A stretch of 64,000 nt of DNA, taken from positions 116,354-180,353 of the forward strand of contig DAOUMS010000022.1 of NCBI GenBank assembly GCA_034409565.1, written 5' to 3'. Both the position numbers and the translations under genes were made by a program. Below the pieces are notes generated by a model. The model had not been told where the DNA came from. It saw only the letters and a program-made list of their open reading frames with translations, and did no database searches. Numbering within the stretch: position 1 is the stretch's first letter; the number at the start of each line of letters is the position of its first letter. This stretch comes from Dehalococcoidales bacterium. Its GTDB lineage: Bacteria > Chloroflexota > Dehalococcoidia > Dehalococcoidales > RBG-16-60-22. Below are positions 9,087 to 19,131 of the stretch, one piece after another.

Positions 9087-9734
9087 TCATTCCATTCTTA
9101 CCGCAATTTTGGCCAGTTCCCAGGAGTATTCGTAAAGGTGCAAACCCTTGCTCATAGCCACTATCTCCCCGTCCTGAACGCCAACCTCGCTGGCGATATA
9201 TTCCTTGAGCAGCTGAATGGCCGCCAGGTTTGAGGGAAAACCTGCCCAGAGGTCCCAGGAGCGGAAGTAGACCACAAAATTGAGCTTGCCATGCCTGATG
9301 CGGGTGTCTATGGCCCGCAGGCAAGGAGGGTCGGAGAGAAAGATGGACTGCGCGTCACCCACCGCCATAAAAGCCTGATTGGTGTTAAAGCCGTCTTCCT
9401 GGTACATCTTGATTACCTCGGCAATCTGCTTCTCCAGGTACTGGCCATAGGTGTACTGCTCACCTTCCTTGCGGTGGGCCGTCATCAGATATGGCAGGTA
9501 CTCCTCCACGTAGTCCATGGTGCTCGGCGGGGGCACTCCCTGAGGCACGTCCGGTACCAGTGGCCTCGTGCCGGGATAATGAATCTGAATAACGACAAAG
9601 TCAAGCTCTTTCCGCCTTTCCCCAGCATAGCTGCCCCGCTCAATTTTGTACTCGTAACCATCGGTCAGTGTCTTGCAGACACACTGGAACCAGGCTTCGG
9701 AGAGGTCACGCGCCTCAATGAAAGCGATCTTCAT
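9087..9734 (-). CDS. Thymidylate synthase-like protein (short, archaeal/methanogen-type ThyA family)
   Basis: I placed the start at the internal ATG (MKIAFIEARDL...), which clears the upstream gene by 31 nt. About 215 aa. It has the DPPCLRAID nucleophile-Cys context and FRSWDLWAGFPSNL, matching the ThyA-fold 'PC' and 'RS.D...G.P.N' signatures. Confidence 0.55.
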   Translation of the reverse strand: MKIAFIEARDLSEAWFQCVCKTLTDGYEYKIERGSYAGERRKELDFVVIQIHYPGTRPLVPDVPQGVPPPSTMDYVEEYLPYLMTAHRKEGEQYTYGQYLEKQIAEVIKMYQEDGFNTNQAFMAVGDAQSIFLSDPPCLRAIDTRIRHGKLNFVVYFRSWDLWAGFPSNLAAIQLLKEYIASEVGVQDGEIVAMSKGLHLYEYSWELAKIAVRME

Positions 9735-9765
9735 CCCGCAAATCCTTTCTATTGTCTGTGTTCGC

Positions 9766-10467
9766 CTATTTTTTCCTGAAGACGGCGAAAAACCGGTCCT
9801 CGTATTCGGCAAAGAGGTTCCAGCGGTCGAGCTCTTTTTTCAGCTCGCCCGGGTCAAACTCACCCTTCGTCACCCGGCGGAACATCTCTTCGATTCTCAA
9901 GCGGGCATCCATGGGTACGCCACTGGCATCCATATCCAGCAGCCCCCTCGCTCCCATCTGAGAAACATGATGTGGAATTGAACCCCTGGCCACTTCATAG
10001 ATGAACTTGAGCAAAGATACATCCCAGAGTTCATCCTCGCCTTTTATAATCGCCGCCAGAGGGTCACCACGCTTATCAATCTCCGCATTCAACCGATTGG
10101 CCACTGTCCGCCAGTTCTCCAAGACAATGTTCAGCCCTTTGGGCTCATTGCGATAACTGTAAAAGAGACCGGGGGCATCAGCGCCATAGGTCTTGATGAG
10201 CGCATCAAGGTAGCGGCGAGCTTCATGGCTGAACCCTTCCAGATGGGAGAGGTAGTACGGGGTAACGATTCTCGGCTTTTCCGCAACAACCCTTCCCTCC
10301 CTCACCACCGTCTCATTGACCTCACGGGCCGGCTCCGCGTAGGCCGGCTCGGTGAGCAGGTAGTAGTGGATATTGGTCGTGCCGAAGGTGGCCAGCTTCT
10401 GCTTCGGCGGCCTTAGCACCTCGGTGCGCCAGACGGCATGTTCAATTCGGTCATCATTAGCCGACAT
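9766..10467 (-). CDS. Conserved-looking hypothetical protein
   Basis: 233-aa ORF with normal composition. It sits 9 nt downstream of the preceding gene and 31 nt upstream of the ThyA-like gene. I recognise no motif. Confidence 0.55.
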   Translation of the reverse strand: MSANDDRIEHAVWRTEVLRPPKQKLATFGTTNIHYYLLTEPAYAEPAREVNETVVREGRVVAEKPRIVTPYYLSHLEGFSHEARRYLDALIKTYGADAPGLFYSYRNEPKGLNIVLENWRTVANRLNAEIDKRGDPLAAIIKGEDELWDVSLLKFIYEVARGSIPHHVSQMGARGLLDMDASGVPMDARLRIEEMFRRVTKGEFDPGELKKELDRWNLFAEYEDRFFAVFRKK

Positions 10468-10476
10468 CAGATTCCC

Positions 10477-11070
10477 CTATAAAATTTTAACCAGTTCCTG
10501 TTTGTATTCATCAAGGAGCCTGATATACTGCGCGTCCATCTGCGCCAGCAGACGGCGCCATTCTTCTTGGAACTGGGGCTGGCTTTCCACATTTATTTTA
10601 AAATTGGCCAGCTGGCCCATCTGCTGTTTCACCGCCTGCTGAATCCTCGCCTCAACATCAGCCTTCAATGATTCATACGCCTGCTTTCGTTGCTGCTCGC
10701 CCTGCTCCGCATAGTGGTCGAAGATGCGCCTCAACTTGCTGAACACATTCTCCGTGCTCACTTTATCATTCTTCAGCAGCTTTATCCCGTCCATTACCCG
10801 TCTGTTCTTCTTACGTAAAAAATCGTTCCCGGGCAGTTCGATGTTCTGTATGAGCACGCCCTGAGCCCCCTCGATAACATATTTTTTCACCCCTTCTTCA
10901 AACTTGCCCAGCTCAGACAGCAGATTCAGGTTCTGCTTTAAATATCGCGCCGCCAGTTTCTCCCCTTCCGGAACGTATTTCCAGCGCATACGTTCCTCTT
11001 CCGTTACCTCCCCCAGCTCCGCCACCTTCTCCATAGCTATTTCCAGAGCGCTTTTTATTTCCTCTCCCAT
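10477..11070 (-). CDS. Hypothetical protein, helical/coiled-coil rich
   Basis: 197-aa ORF rich in E, K and Q. It is the first gene of the apparent 10477-9087 transcription unit. Confidence 0.5.
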   Translation of the reverse strand: MGEEIKSALEIAMEKVAELGEVTEEERMRWKYVPEGEKLAARYLKQNLNLLSELGKFEEGVKKYVIEGAQGVLIQNIELPGNDFLRKKNRRVMDGIKLLKNDKVSTENVFSKLRRIFDHYAEQGEQQRKQAYESLKADVEARIQQAVKQQMGQLANFKINVESQPQFQEEWRRLLAQMDAQYIRLLDEYKQELVKIL

Positions 11071-11262
11071 ATTACGCTTCCCGACCTCTTAATAACTCCT
11101 CCCTTGTCAGTTCTCTCCTTTATTAAGTATTATACTAGATGCTCGGTGAAGCTTAAAGATAGACGACGCTGGATGACCGGGCATTGAGCACAATGACTTG
11201 CTAAAAACACCCGCCGCTGTATATATTTAAGGTAGCTCAGCATCAGAAAGGAGGCACTTATT

Positions 11263-11712
11263 ATGCACCGGAACTGGAAATTCCACCACGTCGCAGTGGT
11301 GGTCAGGGACATGGAGAAAGCAATCAAGTTCTACGAAGCCCTGGGAATAGGCCCTTTCCCTCCCCTCATTGGGCCACAGGGAAAGGTAACGCTGGCGAAC
11401 AAAACGCTGCATGGACAATCATCCGACTGGGAGATTGACCTGCGGCAAGCCGAAGGCGGCATTGGCGATATCATCTTCGAGATGATACAGCCTCTGGCCG
11501 GCAATACGCCGGTGAAGGAGTTCCTGGATGAAAAAGGCGAAGGCATCCAGCACATCGGCTTCTTCGTCGATGATATTGAAGCGGAAACAGCCAAGCTGGC
11601 CGAGAAGGGTTTTAAAATCACCCAGAGCGGGGAATCACCGGCAGTCAAGTGGGCCTACTTCGGCACCGACGCTGTGGGCGGCTTCTCCATCGAACTCATG
11701 CAGAAGAAATGA
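11263..11712 (+). CDS. VOC (glyoxalase-fold) protein, methylmalonyl-CoA epimerase-like
   Basis: 149 aa. FHHVAVVVRDMEKAIKFYE ... GIQHIGFFVDDIEAE ... IELMQ is the typical paired beta-alpha-beta-beta-beta metal-ligand pattern. Confidence 0.7.
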   Translation: MHRNWKFHHVAVVVRDMEKAIKFYEALGIGPFPPLIGPQGKVTLANKTLHGQSSDWEIDLRQAEGGIGDIIFEMIQPLAGNTPVKEFLDEKGEGIQHIGFFVDDIEAETAKLAEKGFKITQSGESPAVKWAYFGTDAVGGFSIELMQKK

Positions 11713-11724
11713 GGTCGCCTCTAA

Positions 11725-12813
11725 TCATACCTTCCCGGCAACCAGTTCGCCCATTTCTTTGGTGCCGACCTTTGTCTTACCCTCGCTCATAATATCATAG
11801 GTGCGGTAGCCATCATTCAATACGTCAATTACGGCTGCCTCCACTGCCTGTGCTTCTTTGACCAGCCCGCAGGAGTAGCGGAGCATCATCGCCATACTCA
11901 GTATGGTGGCGATGGGATTGATCATGTTCTGTCCGGCGCGACGGGGAGCACTGCCGTGAATCGGCTCGTAGAGGCCCAACGTCCTCACTCCCTCCTGTGG
12001 CACCCCGGCCAGGCTGGCCGAAGGCAGCATCCCCATTGAGCCGGCCAGCATCGAGGCTTCGTCGGTCAGAATATCACCAAACGTGTTCTCGGAGACAATG
12101 ACGTCAAAATGCTTGGGGTTCTGTATCAGACGCATGGAAGCAGCGTCCACCAGCATGTGCTCCAGTTCCACATCAGGGTATTGCGTTACCAGGCCAGATG
12201 CCACCTGCCGCCACAACCGGGAACACTCCAGTACATTGGCCTTATCCACGGAGACCAGCTTTTTCTGCCTTCTGCGGGCAAGCTCGAAACCGACCCTGAC
12301 AACACGCTCGATTTCCGGTTCCGAATAGGTCATGGTGTCCACTGCCCGCCATCCCTTGGGCGTCTGCCAGCGCTTCTTCGGTCGGCCGAAGTAGAGTCCG
12401 CCGGTAAGCTCCCGGACAAAGATGAAATCAACTCCTGTAACCACTTCCGGCTTCAGGTTGGTGGTGTTAACCAGCATGGGCAGGGCTTTGACCGGGCGCA
12501 GGTTAGCGAAGAGCCCCAGTTTCCTGCGCAGCGCCAGCATCCCATCTTCCGGCCGGACCTTCGTGCCGGGGGTATCAAACCTAGGGTCGCCGACCGCACC
12601 CATCAGCACGGCGTCAGATTTCCAACTCATCTTCATCACGTCCGGCGGCAACGGCACTCCGGTGGCATCAATGGCCACCCCACCAATCAGACCGTCATAC
12701 AGGTCAAAGGTATGCCCGTACTTCTTGCCCACCGTCTGGAGGACACCGACGGCTGCCCGTGTAATTTCCGGACCGACGCCATCGCCAGGTAAAACCACGA
12801 TGTGAAACTTCAC
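11725..12813 (-). CDS. leuB: 3-isopropylmalate dehydrogenase
   Basis: VKFHIVVLPGDGVGPEI N-terminus and the IDH/IPMDH signature region. I moved the start to GTG (complement of 12811-12813), which is preceded by GGAGGG and lies just after the leuD stop. Confidence 0.9.
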   Translation of the reverse strand: MKFHIVVLPGDGVGPEITRAAVGVLQTVGKKYGHTFDLYDGLIGGVAIDATGVPLPPDVMKMSWKSDAVLMGAVGDPRFDTPGTKVRPEDGMLALRRKLGLFANLRPVKALPMLVNTTNLKPEVVTGVDFIFVRELTGGLYFGRPKKRWQTPKGWRAVDTMTYSEPEIERVVRVGFELARRRQKKLVSVDKANVLECSRLWRQVASGLVTQYPDVELEHMLVDAASMRLIQNPKHFDVIVSENTFGDILTDEASMLAGSMGMLPSASLAGVPQEGVRTLGLYEPIHGSAPRRAGQNMINPIATILSMAMMLRYSCGLVKEAQAVEAAVIDVLNDGYRTYDIMSEGKTKVGTKEMGELVAGKV

Positions 12814-12814
12814 T

Positions 12815-13315
12815 TTAGACCCTCCTGCTCGATAATCGCTTTTTGGTGTATTCAATCAGCCCGCCCGAGGCTATAATCCCGGTCATAAATTCGGGATAGG
12901 GGCTGGCGGTAAAGGTCAGCCCGCGGGTCACATTCTTTATCTCCCCCCTGGCGAGGTCAACCTCAAGGACATCACCGGACTCGGTTTTATCCACAGCTTC
13001 CTCACATTCAAGGAGCGGCAGGCCGATATTGATGGCATTGCGGAAAAAGATGCGGGCGAAGCTCTTGGCGATGACGCAGGAAATTCCCGCCGCCTTGATG
13101 GCCATGGGGGCGTGCTCCCGTGAGGAGCCGCAGCCGAAGTTGGTGGTGGCCACCATGATGTCGCCCGGTGCCACTCTCTTCAAAAAATCCTCATCAATAT
13201 CTTCCATACAGTGCTTGGCCAGTCCCTCCGGGTCATAGATATTGAGATAACGCGCCGGTATGATGACATCCGTGTTCACATCAGCGCCATACTTATGGAC
13301 TTTACCTTTTAGCAT
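12815..13315 (-). CDS. leuD: 3-isopropylmalate dehydratase small subunit
   Basis: 166 aa. Aconitase swivel-domain sequence ([19 protein letters not shown]). Confidence 0.9.
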   Translation of the reverse strand: MLKGKVHKYGADVNTDVIIPARYLNIYDPEGLAKHCMEDIDEDFLKRVAPGDIMVATTNFGCGSSREHAPMAIKAAGISCVIAKSFARIFFRNAINIGLPLLECEEAVDKTESGDVLEVDLARGEIKNVTRGLTFTASPYPEFMTGIIASGGLIEYTKKRLSSRRV

Positions 13316-13345
13316 TCAGATACGACCTCCTCAATTCAATGATTA

Positions 13346-13825
13346 TCAAATCTCCACCAGCAACTTCTCAAAGTCCTTCACCACCGGTGGTTTTTTACCT
13401 CTACCCGGCTCGATGGTGTGCCCCTCGGCCTGCAGGTGGGTCACCTGTGCCGCCACGCCGCCCGGGTACTTCTCATTCAGCTCCCCTTTCGATTTTAAAG
13501 TCCGCCAGTAGGGGGTAATTTCTTTCTTGCCTTCACCGGCGTCCTCCTCAGCTGCATGCGCGGCAATCCAGCAAAAGATGCCGGTGGTGATGGGGCAGCC
13601 GATGCTGGCACCGTGCTTTTTCGCCAGGGACTCCCGTATCTGGTTGATGGTAATCAGTTTGCCCCTCGGCACCTGTCCCATGATTTCGTCCACCTCTACG
13701 GGTGCCGGAATCACCACCGTCCCCGTCCCCCAACGCCGGCTCATATTGCCGGTGATTGCCACCACTTTGGGCAGGTCTTTGCTGTCATGCAGTTTCTCAC
13801 GCCAGCTTTTTCGCATCCTTACCAC
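13346..13825 (-). CDS. MGMT-family DNA-binding-domain protein lacking the catalytic Cys (alkyltransferase-like)
   Basis: 159 aa. VPRGKLITINQIRESLAKKHG ... ITPYWRTLKSKGEL parallels the IPxGKVxTYGxIA ... P(C/W)HRVV layout of MGMT/ATL domains. PYWR replaces PCHR. Confidence 0.45.
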   Translation of the reverse strand: MVRMRKSWREKLHDSKDLPKVVAITGNMSRRWGTGTVVIPAPVEVDEIMGQVPRGKLITINQIRESLAKKHGASIGCPITTGIFCWIAAHAAEEDAGEGKKEITPYWRTLKSKGELNEKYPGGVAAQVTHLQAEGHTIEPGRGKKPPVVKDFEKLLVEI

Positions 13826-13874
13826 TATCTCCTACTCGGCTCTTTTCTGCCTCGCCACATATCTTCCTTATATC

Positions 13875-14195
13875 TTAAAAAGTTATGACCCGGTCACTCC
13901 CTTTCACTATTTCATAAAGGTCGTCCAGTGTGGATACCTTGTATATCCCGGAAGCAGGCAGCCCGTGGATTTCCAAGCACGTCCCACAGGCAAATAACAT
14001 CCCCCCACTGGCGAGGAAGGGTTCCTTCTGCTCGGTTATGTTATATACATCTTTGTCCAGGGACTCAAATTCAACGCCACTCCCCAAAAAGAAAATATTT
14101 ACCCTGTCGCCCATAGCTAGGGCAAAGTTGCCAAACCGGAAAGCGTTCCATACCGTTTCTGGGTCGTTGGAATAGACAATTATGCCGATTTTCAT
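13875..14195 (-). CDS. DsrE/DsrF-like sulfur-relay family protein
   Basis: 106 aa. MKIGIIVYSNDPE ... FACGTCL is typical of the small DsrE fold with a conserved Cys. Its ATG overlaps the leuC stop (ATGA). Confidence 0.65.
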   Translation of the reverse strand: MKIGIIVYSNDPETVWNAFRFGNFALAMGDRVNIFFLGSGVEFESLDKDVYNITEQKEPFLASGGMLFACGTCLEIHGLPASGIYKVSTLDDLYEIVKGSDRVITF

Positions 14196-15448
14196 GCATT
14201 CAACTCATCGGGAGGAATGATTCTGCCCGCCACAGCGCTGGCGGCGGCAACCGACGGGTTGGCGAGGTACACTTCCGATTTGGTATGTCCCATTCTGCCG
14301 ACGAAGTTACGGTTGGTGGTGGAGATACACTTCTCTCCCTCCGCCAGCACACCCATATGACCGCCAAAGCACGGCCCACAGGTAGGCGTGCTCACCGCCG
14401 CACCAGCCTCAATGAATATGCCTATAAGCCCTTCATTCAAAGCGTCAGCGTACACCTGCTGAGAACCGGGAATGACGATGCAGCGGACACTGGGATATAC
14501 TTTTTTCCCTCTCAATATCTGGGCAGCAACCTTTAAATCATCAAGTCGGCCATTAGTGCAGCTGCCGATAATCGCCTGGTCTATTTCTATGTTCCCCACT
14601 TCACTAACCGGCCTGGCATTGGCTGGCGAATGGGGAAACGCCACCTGCGGCTCCATTCCCGTGATATCATACTCGATAACCCTGGCATATTCGGCATCGG
14701 AGTCAGGCTCATACACGTTATAGGGCTGTCTCGTTCTGGGTTTTATGTAAAGCTGCGTCTTATTGTCCACCCGGAAAAGACCAGCCTTGCCCCCGGCCTC
14801 AATAACCATATTGGCCATGGTAAAACGCCCGTCCATGGGCAGAGCATCTATCGCCTCGCCGGTGAACTCCATCGCCGAATAGAGTGCGCCATCGACACCG
14901 ATATCACTGATAGTGTGCAGAATTAAGTCCTTCCCCCCTACCCACTTCCCCAGTTCACCGTGGTACACAAGTTTAATAGTCTCGGGGACCTTCATCCAGA
15001 GGTCGCCGGTGGCCATGGCCGCCGCCAGGTCAGTTGAGCCCACACCGGTGGCGAAGGCACCCACCGCACCGTAGGTGCAGGTATGGGAATCGCCGCCTAT
15101 AATCACCCGACCAGGGAGCGCAATACCCTGCTCCGGCAACAAAACATGCTCAATACCGGCTCTACCTATCTCGAAGAACACTGCCTTCTGCTCAGCGCAA
15201 AACTCACGCGTCATCTTGCCCATCTCAGCGGAGGCAATATCCCGGTTGGGCATAAAGTGGTCGAGCACCATCACGATTTTCTTGGGGTCAAAGACACGGC
15301 TCAGCCCGATTTTCCGGAACTCCTTGATGGCAATGGGCGCCGTGATATCATTGGCCAGAATCACGTCCACCCTGGCATTGACGAATTCCCCGGGGCTTAC
15401 CTTTTTCCGGTCCGTGTGCGCTGCCATTATCTTCTCAGCCAGATTCAT
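14192..15448 (-). CDS. leuC: 3-isopropylmalate dehydratase large subunit
   Basis: Aconitase-family sequence with Fe-S Cys ligands (GSCTNGR, TPTCGPCFG). I moved the start to the internal ATG (MNLAEKIM...), which follows AGGAAGG and clears the mgtC stop. Confidence 0.9.
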   Translation of the reverse strand: MNLAEKIMAAHTDRKKVSPGEFVNARVDVILANDITAPIAIKEFRKIGLSRVFDPKKIVMVLDHFMPNRDIASAEMGKMTREFCAEQKAVFFEIGRAGIEHVLLPEQGIALPGRVIIGGDSHTCTYGAVGAFATGVGSTDLAAAMATGDLWMKVPETIKLVYHGELGKWVGGKDLILHTISDIGVDGALYSAMEFTGEAIDALPMDGRFTMANMVIEAGGKAGLFRVDNKTQLYIKPRTRQPYNVYEPDSDAEYARVIEYDITGMEPQVAFPHSPANARPVSEVGNIEIDQAIIGSCTNGRLDDLKVAAQILRGKKVYPSVRCIVIPGSQQVYADALNEGLIGIFIEAGAAVSTPTCGPCFGGHMGVLAEGEKCISTTNRNFVGRMGHTKSEVYLANPSVAAASAVAGRIIPPDELNA

Positions 15449-15494
15449 CTCAATTTCCTTCCTTCCGTCTTTTTTGGTATGTACCTGTTGGGGT

Positions 15495-15896
15495 TCATCC
15501 CAGCCAGCGAGGCATGATGAGCACGCCAAGAACAAGCGCCGCGGCTACCGCCGAAATGATATACAAACCAGCGCCCGCCGCCAGGCCTATCCCGGCCATC
15601 ACCCAGATTGTGGCCGCCGTGGTCAGACCGGCCACAATGCCTCCCTCACGATGCAGGATGACCCCGGCCCCCAGAAAACCAACGCCGACCACCACGCCAG
15701 CGGCCACCCGGGCCGGGTCACTGGCGGCACCAAAACCATAAATGGAAATAATAGCGATAAGGGCCGCCCCGACTGAGATGAGAATATGCGTTCTCAACCC
15801 CGCCTGTTTCCCGGCCTTTTCCCGCTGGTAGCCGACAACAGCTCCCAGAGCGGCCGCCAGCAGAAGGCGCAGCACCATTTCCAGTGCAATAGGCAT
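15495..15896 (-). CDS. MgtC/SapB-family membrane protein
   Basis: 133 aa. GYQREKAGKQAGLRTHILISVGAAL is the MgtC-family signature. Confidence 0.8.
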   Translation of the reverse strand: MPIALEMVLRLLLAAALGAVVGYQREKAGKQAGLRTHILISVGAALIAIISIYGFGAASDPARVAAGVVVGVGFLGAGVILHREGGIVAGLTTAATIWVMAGIGLAAGAGLYIISAVAAALVLGVLIMPRWLG

Positions 15897-15904
15897 CTCA
15901 GCCT

Positions 15905-17425
15905 CTACTCAGTTTTCTTTTTCCTGGCCAGCAAACGGTTGAGGGCATTCATATAGGCTTTGGCACTGGCCACTATAATGTCTGTGTCCGCTCCCCGGCC
16001 GGTATAGGTAACGCCATCGCTCTCAATCCGGCAAAGCACCTCGCCAATGGCGTCAATACCCTCGGTTATTGATTTGATGCTGAACTCGGTAAGCGTGTTG
16101 GGTACCTGTACGATTCTATCAATCGCCTTGAAGGCGGCGTCAACCGGCCCGCTGCCCAGGGCCGCATCAGACAGCGCCTGCCCTTCAGGGCCAATCAGTA
16201 CTACCGATGCCGTGGGAATGCCACGGTCGCCGCAGGATACCTGAATGCGATCCAGGTGATATAGCTCGGAAATGGTGCGCTGCTCCTCGGCCACCAGCGA
16301 CTCGACATCCCGGTCGGTTACTTCCTTTTTCTTATCCGCCAGCTCCTTGAAAGCGCGAAAGATGCGATTGAAGTCTTCGTCTGACATGCTGTAGCCCAGC
16401 TCGGCCAGTCGCTCACGAAGCGCGTGCCGACCGCTCAGCTTGCCCAGCACCAGGCTGCTCGATGGTATGCCCACGGTTTTAGGATCCATGATTTCAAAGG
16501 TGATGGGCATTTTGATGACCCCGTCCTGGTGTATCCCGGACTCATGCCGGAAAGCGTTGGCGCCGACAATGGCCTTATTCGACTGTACGGAAAAGCCGGT
16601 CAGCTCGCTTACCATGCGGCTCGTTTTATAGATTTGCCTGGTATCGATATTGGTACTGAGGTTGAAGAGGTCAGTGCGGGTCTTGATGGCCATCACGATT
16701 TCTTCAAGTGAAGCGTTGCCCGCCCGCTCCCCGATGCCGTTGATGGTGCACTCCACCTGCCGGCACCCGTGCCTGACTGCCTCCAAGCTGTTAGCCACCG
16801 CCAGGCCGAGGTCATTATGGCAGTGCATACTGACGACCGTTTTTTCGATACCGGGCACGTTCTGGAAAATGCCATCGATAAGCCTGCCGAATTCTTCCGG
16901 AATGGAATAGCCCACGGTATCCGGTATATTGAGCGTGGTAGCGCCAGCCTCAATCGCCACCTGAAGTATCTGGTAAAGATAGGCCGGTTCCGTCCGGCTG
17001 GCATCCATCGGTGAGAACTCAATGTCATCAGTGTAGCTCTTGGCCCGGGCTACCATATCCCGAGTCAACTGCAGAATCTCCTCACGGGTCTTCTTCATGC
17101 CATGCATGAGGTGGATGTCAGATGATGATACGAACACGTGAATGCGGGGGTGTGCGGCACCTTTAATCGCTTCCCAGGCGCGGTCGACATCGTCAGGGTG
17201 AGCCCTAGCAAGGCCGCAGATGCTACTGCCCCGCACTTCCTGAGCGATGAGTTTCACCGATTCAAAGTCGCCCGGGGAACTGATGGGGAAGCCGGCTTCG
17301 ATGACATCCACGCTGAGCTTCTCAAGCTGCCGGGCGATTTCCAGCTTTTCGTTAAGGTTCAGGCTACCACCGGCCGCCTGTTCGCCATCGCGCAGCGTGG
17401 TGTCAAAGATAATTACTTTGTCCAT
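15905..17425 (-). CDS. leuA: 2-isopropylmalate synthase
   Basis: 506 aa. [14 protein letters not shown] ... IEAGFP ... [13 protein letters not shown], plus a C-terminal LeuA-type regulatory domain. I cannot exclude the citramalate synthase paralog from sequence alone. Confidence 0.85.
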   Translation of the reverse strand: MDKVIIFDTTLRDGEQAAGGSLNLNEKLEIARQLEKLSVDVIEAGFPISSPGDFESVKLIAQEVRGSSICGLARAHPDDVDRAWEAIKGAAHPRIHVFVSSSDIHLMHGMKKTREEILQLTRDMVARAKSYTDDIEFSPMDASRTEPAYLYQILQVAIEAGATTLNIPDTVGYSIPEEFGRLIDGIFQNVPGIEKTVVSMHCHNDLGLAVANSLEAVRHGCRQVECTINGIGERAGNASLEEIVMAIKTRTDLFNLSTNIDTRQIYKTSRMVSELTGFSVQSNKAIVGANAFRHESGIHQDGVIKMPITFEIMDPKTVGIPSSSLVLGKLSGRHALRERLAELGYSMSDEDFNRIFRAFKELADKKKEVTDRDVESLVAEEQRTISELYHLDRIQVSCGDRGIPTASVVLIGPEGQALSDAALGSGPVDAAFKAIDRIVQVPNTLTEFSIKSITEGIDAIGEVLCRIESDGVTYTGRGADTDIIVASAKAYMNALNRLLARKKKTE

Positions 17426-17477
17426 CTTGCTCCCCCGTTGTCTATTTGCGTTATTTAATTATCAATAAGATTTCGGC

Positions 17478-18470
17478 TTATTTGGCCAGCCACGGCATCA
17501 TCTTGCGCAGCTCTGCCCCGACCTTCTCAATCGGGTGCTCCCTGTCCTTGCGCGTGAGCGCGTTGAATACCGGCAGACCAGCCTTGTTCTCCAGAATCCA
17601 CTCCCGGGCAAAGGTGCCGTCCTGAATCTCGCCCAGAATCTCCCACAGGTTTTCTCTTACCCCTTCGTCAATCACCCTTGGCCCTCTGGTTATATCGCCG
17701 TACCGGGCGGTATGGCTCACCGAGTTACGCATGAAGTCAATGCCGCCTTTGTAAATCAGGTCGACAATGAGCTTGAGCTCGTTCAGGCACTCAAAGTAAG
17801 CCAGCTCCGGCTGATAGCCAGCCTCCACCAGCGTTTCAAAGGTAGCTTTGAGGAGAGCCGTCACGCCGCCGCAGAGTATTGCCTGCTCACCAAAGAGGTC
17901 GGTCTCGGTTTCCTCAGCGAAGGTTGTTTCCAAGACTCCGGCACGGGCACAGCCGATGGCCGACGAATACGCCAGTGCCTTTTCTTTGGCCTGTCCGGAA
18001 GCATCCTGATAGACTGCTATCAGCGCGGGTACACCCTGCCCCTGGGTAAAGAACTCGCGGAGCAAATTGCCCGGGCTCTTGGGCGCTATCATCGTTACAT
18101 CTATGTCCGGCGATGGTACAACCTGGCTGTAGTGGATGGTGAAGCCATGAGAGACCATAAGCATATTACCCTTGGTCAGTCCCGGGGCGATATGTTTATT
18201 GTAGATTTCCTGGTGCTGGTTATCCGGCGCCAGCAGCATGACGATATCAGCCGCTTTGGCGGCCTCAGCTACGGAAGCTACTTTCACTCCATCAGCCTCA
18301 GCCCTGGCCTTGCTCTTGCTGCCTTCATGAAGGCCCACAATCACCTCAAAGCCGCTATCTTTCAGGTTCAGTGACTGACCACGTCCCTGGTTACCATAGC
18401 CGATAACAGCAATCATCTTGCCTTTCAGCAGATTCAGATTCGCGTCCTTGTCATAGTACACCTTAGCCAT
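17478..18470 (-). CDS. ilvC: Ketol-acid reductoisomerase
   Basis: 330 aa. [21 protein letters not shown] Rossmann motif and class-I KARI length. Confidence 0.95.
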   Translation of the reverse strand: MAKVYYDKDANLNLLKGKMIAVIGYGNQGRGQSLNLKDSGFEVIVGLHEGSKSKARAEADGVKVASVAEAAKAADIVMLLAPDNQHQEIYNKHIAPGLTKGNMLMVSHGFTIHYSQVVPSPDIDVTMIAPKSPGNLLREFFTQGQGVPALIAVYQDASGQAKEKALAYSSAIGCARAGVLETTFAEETETDLFGEQAILCGGVTALLKATFETLVEAGYQPELAYFECLNELKLIVDLIYKGGIDFMRNSVSHTARYGDITRGPRVIDEGVRENLWEILGEIQDGTFAREWILENKAGLPVFNALTRKDREHPIEKVGAELRKMMPWLAK

Positions 18471-18541
18471 GTTTTTTATTTACCTCCTTTAACCTTTCTT
18501 AACGCCTATTTAAGCAGCGCCCGTCCCAGTGAGAACTGCAA

Positions 18542-19081
18542 TTATAATAATTTATACCCTTCCTTTCTAGTTTTTGACGTTTTCTCTTCAGCGCGCGGCT
18601 GGCCGGTACTACCGCGCAGCATAGCAATGCTACCCGTCCTGGCCACTTCTTTTACCCCGAAGCCGCGCAGCAAATTCAGCAAAGAATCGACCTTGTCTTC
18701 ATCACCGGTAATCTCGATGGTCAGAGAATCACCGGCTACATCCACAATGCTGGCACGGAAAATATCGGCAATCTCAATTATTTCACTGCGGGTGGAGGAG
18801 GTTGCCCTTACTTTGATAAGTGCCAGTTCCCGCACCGTAATATTATCGTCGGTGACATCGGTAATCTTGACCACGTTAACCACCTTGCCCAGTTGCTTTC
18901 TTACCTGCTCCAGAATGCTGGCCGTGCCGTTAACCACGATGGTCATGCGGGATAAGTTGGGCAGTTCACTGTGTCCCACGGCAATGCTTTCAATATTGAA
19001 ACCCCGCCTTCGAAAAAGACTGGCCATACGGGTCAATACCCCGGGCTTGTCCTCAACCAGAGCAACTAGTGTGTGCCTCAT
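18542..19081 (-). CDS. ilvN: Acetolactate synthase small (regulatory) subunit, full length
   Basis: 179 aa. N-terminal ACT domain (HTLVALVEDKPGVLTRMASLFRRRGFNIESI) followed by the C-terminal ALS_ss_C-like half. Confidence 0.9.
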   Translation of the reverse strand: MRHTLVALVEDKPGVLTRMASLFRRRGFNIESIAVGHSELPNLSRMTIVVNGTASILEQVRKQLGKVVNVVKITDVTDDNITVRELALIKVRATSSTRSEIIEIADIFRASIVDVAGDSLTIEITGDEDKVDSLLNLLRGFGVKEVARTGSIAMLRGSTGQPRAEEKTSKTRKEGYKLL

Positions 19082-19131
19082 TGCCGATAAACGCTATATC
19101 TCCGCAGGTATTACCGTGAAGTCTCCTCGCC

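Noticed and set aside
17535-18374. 279-aa plus-strand ORF. Similar long shadow ORFs occur at 22080-22790, 22827-23612, 24085-24699, 27175-27849, 28174-28974, 32573-33184, 40273-40890, 44254-45000, 59917-60591 and 12109-12792.
   Set aside because: Each is antisense to, or out of frame within, a gene with strong family signatures (ilvC, ilvD, tsaC, tsaD, fdhA, guaA, hypF, hypA/hypB, gcvPA, leuB). They show skewed composition and no start-site context.
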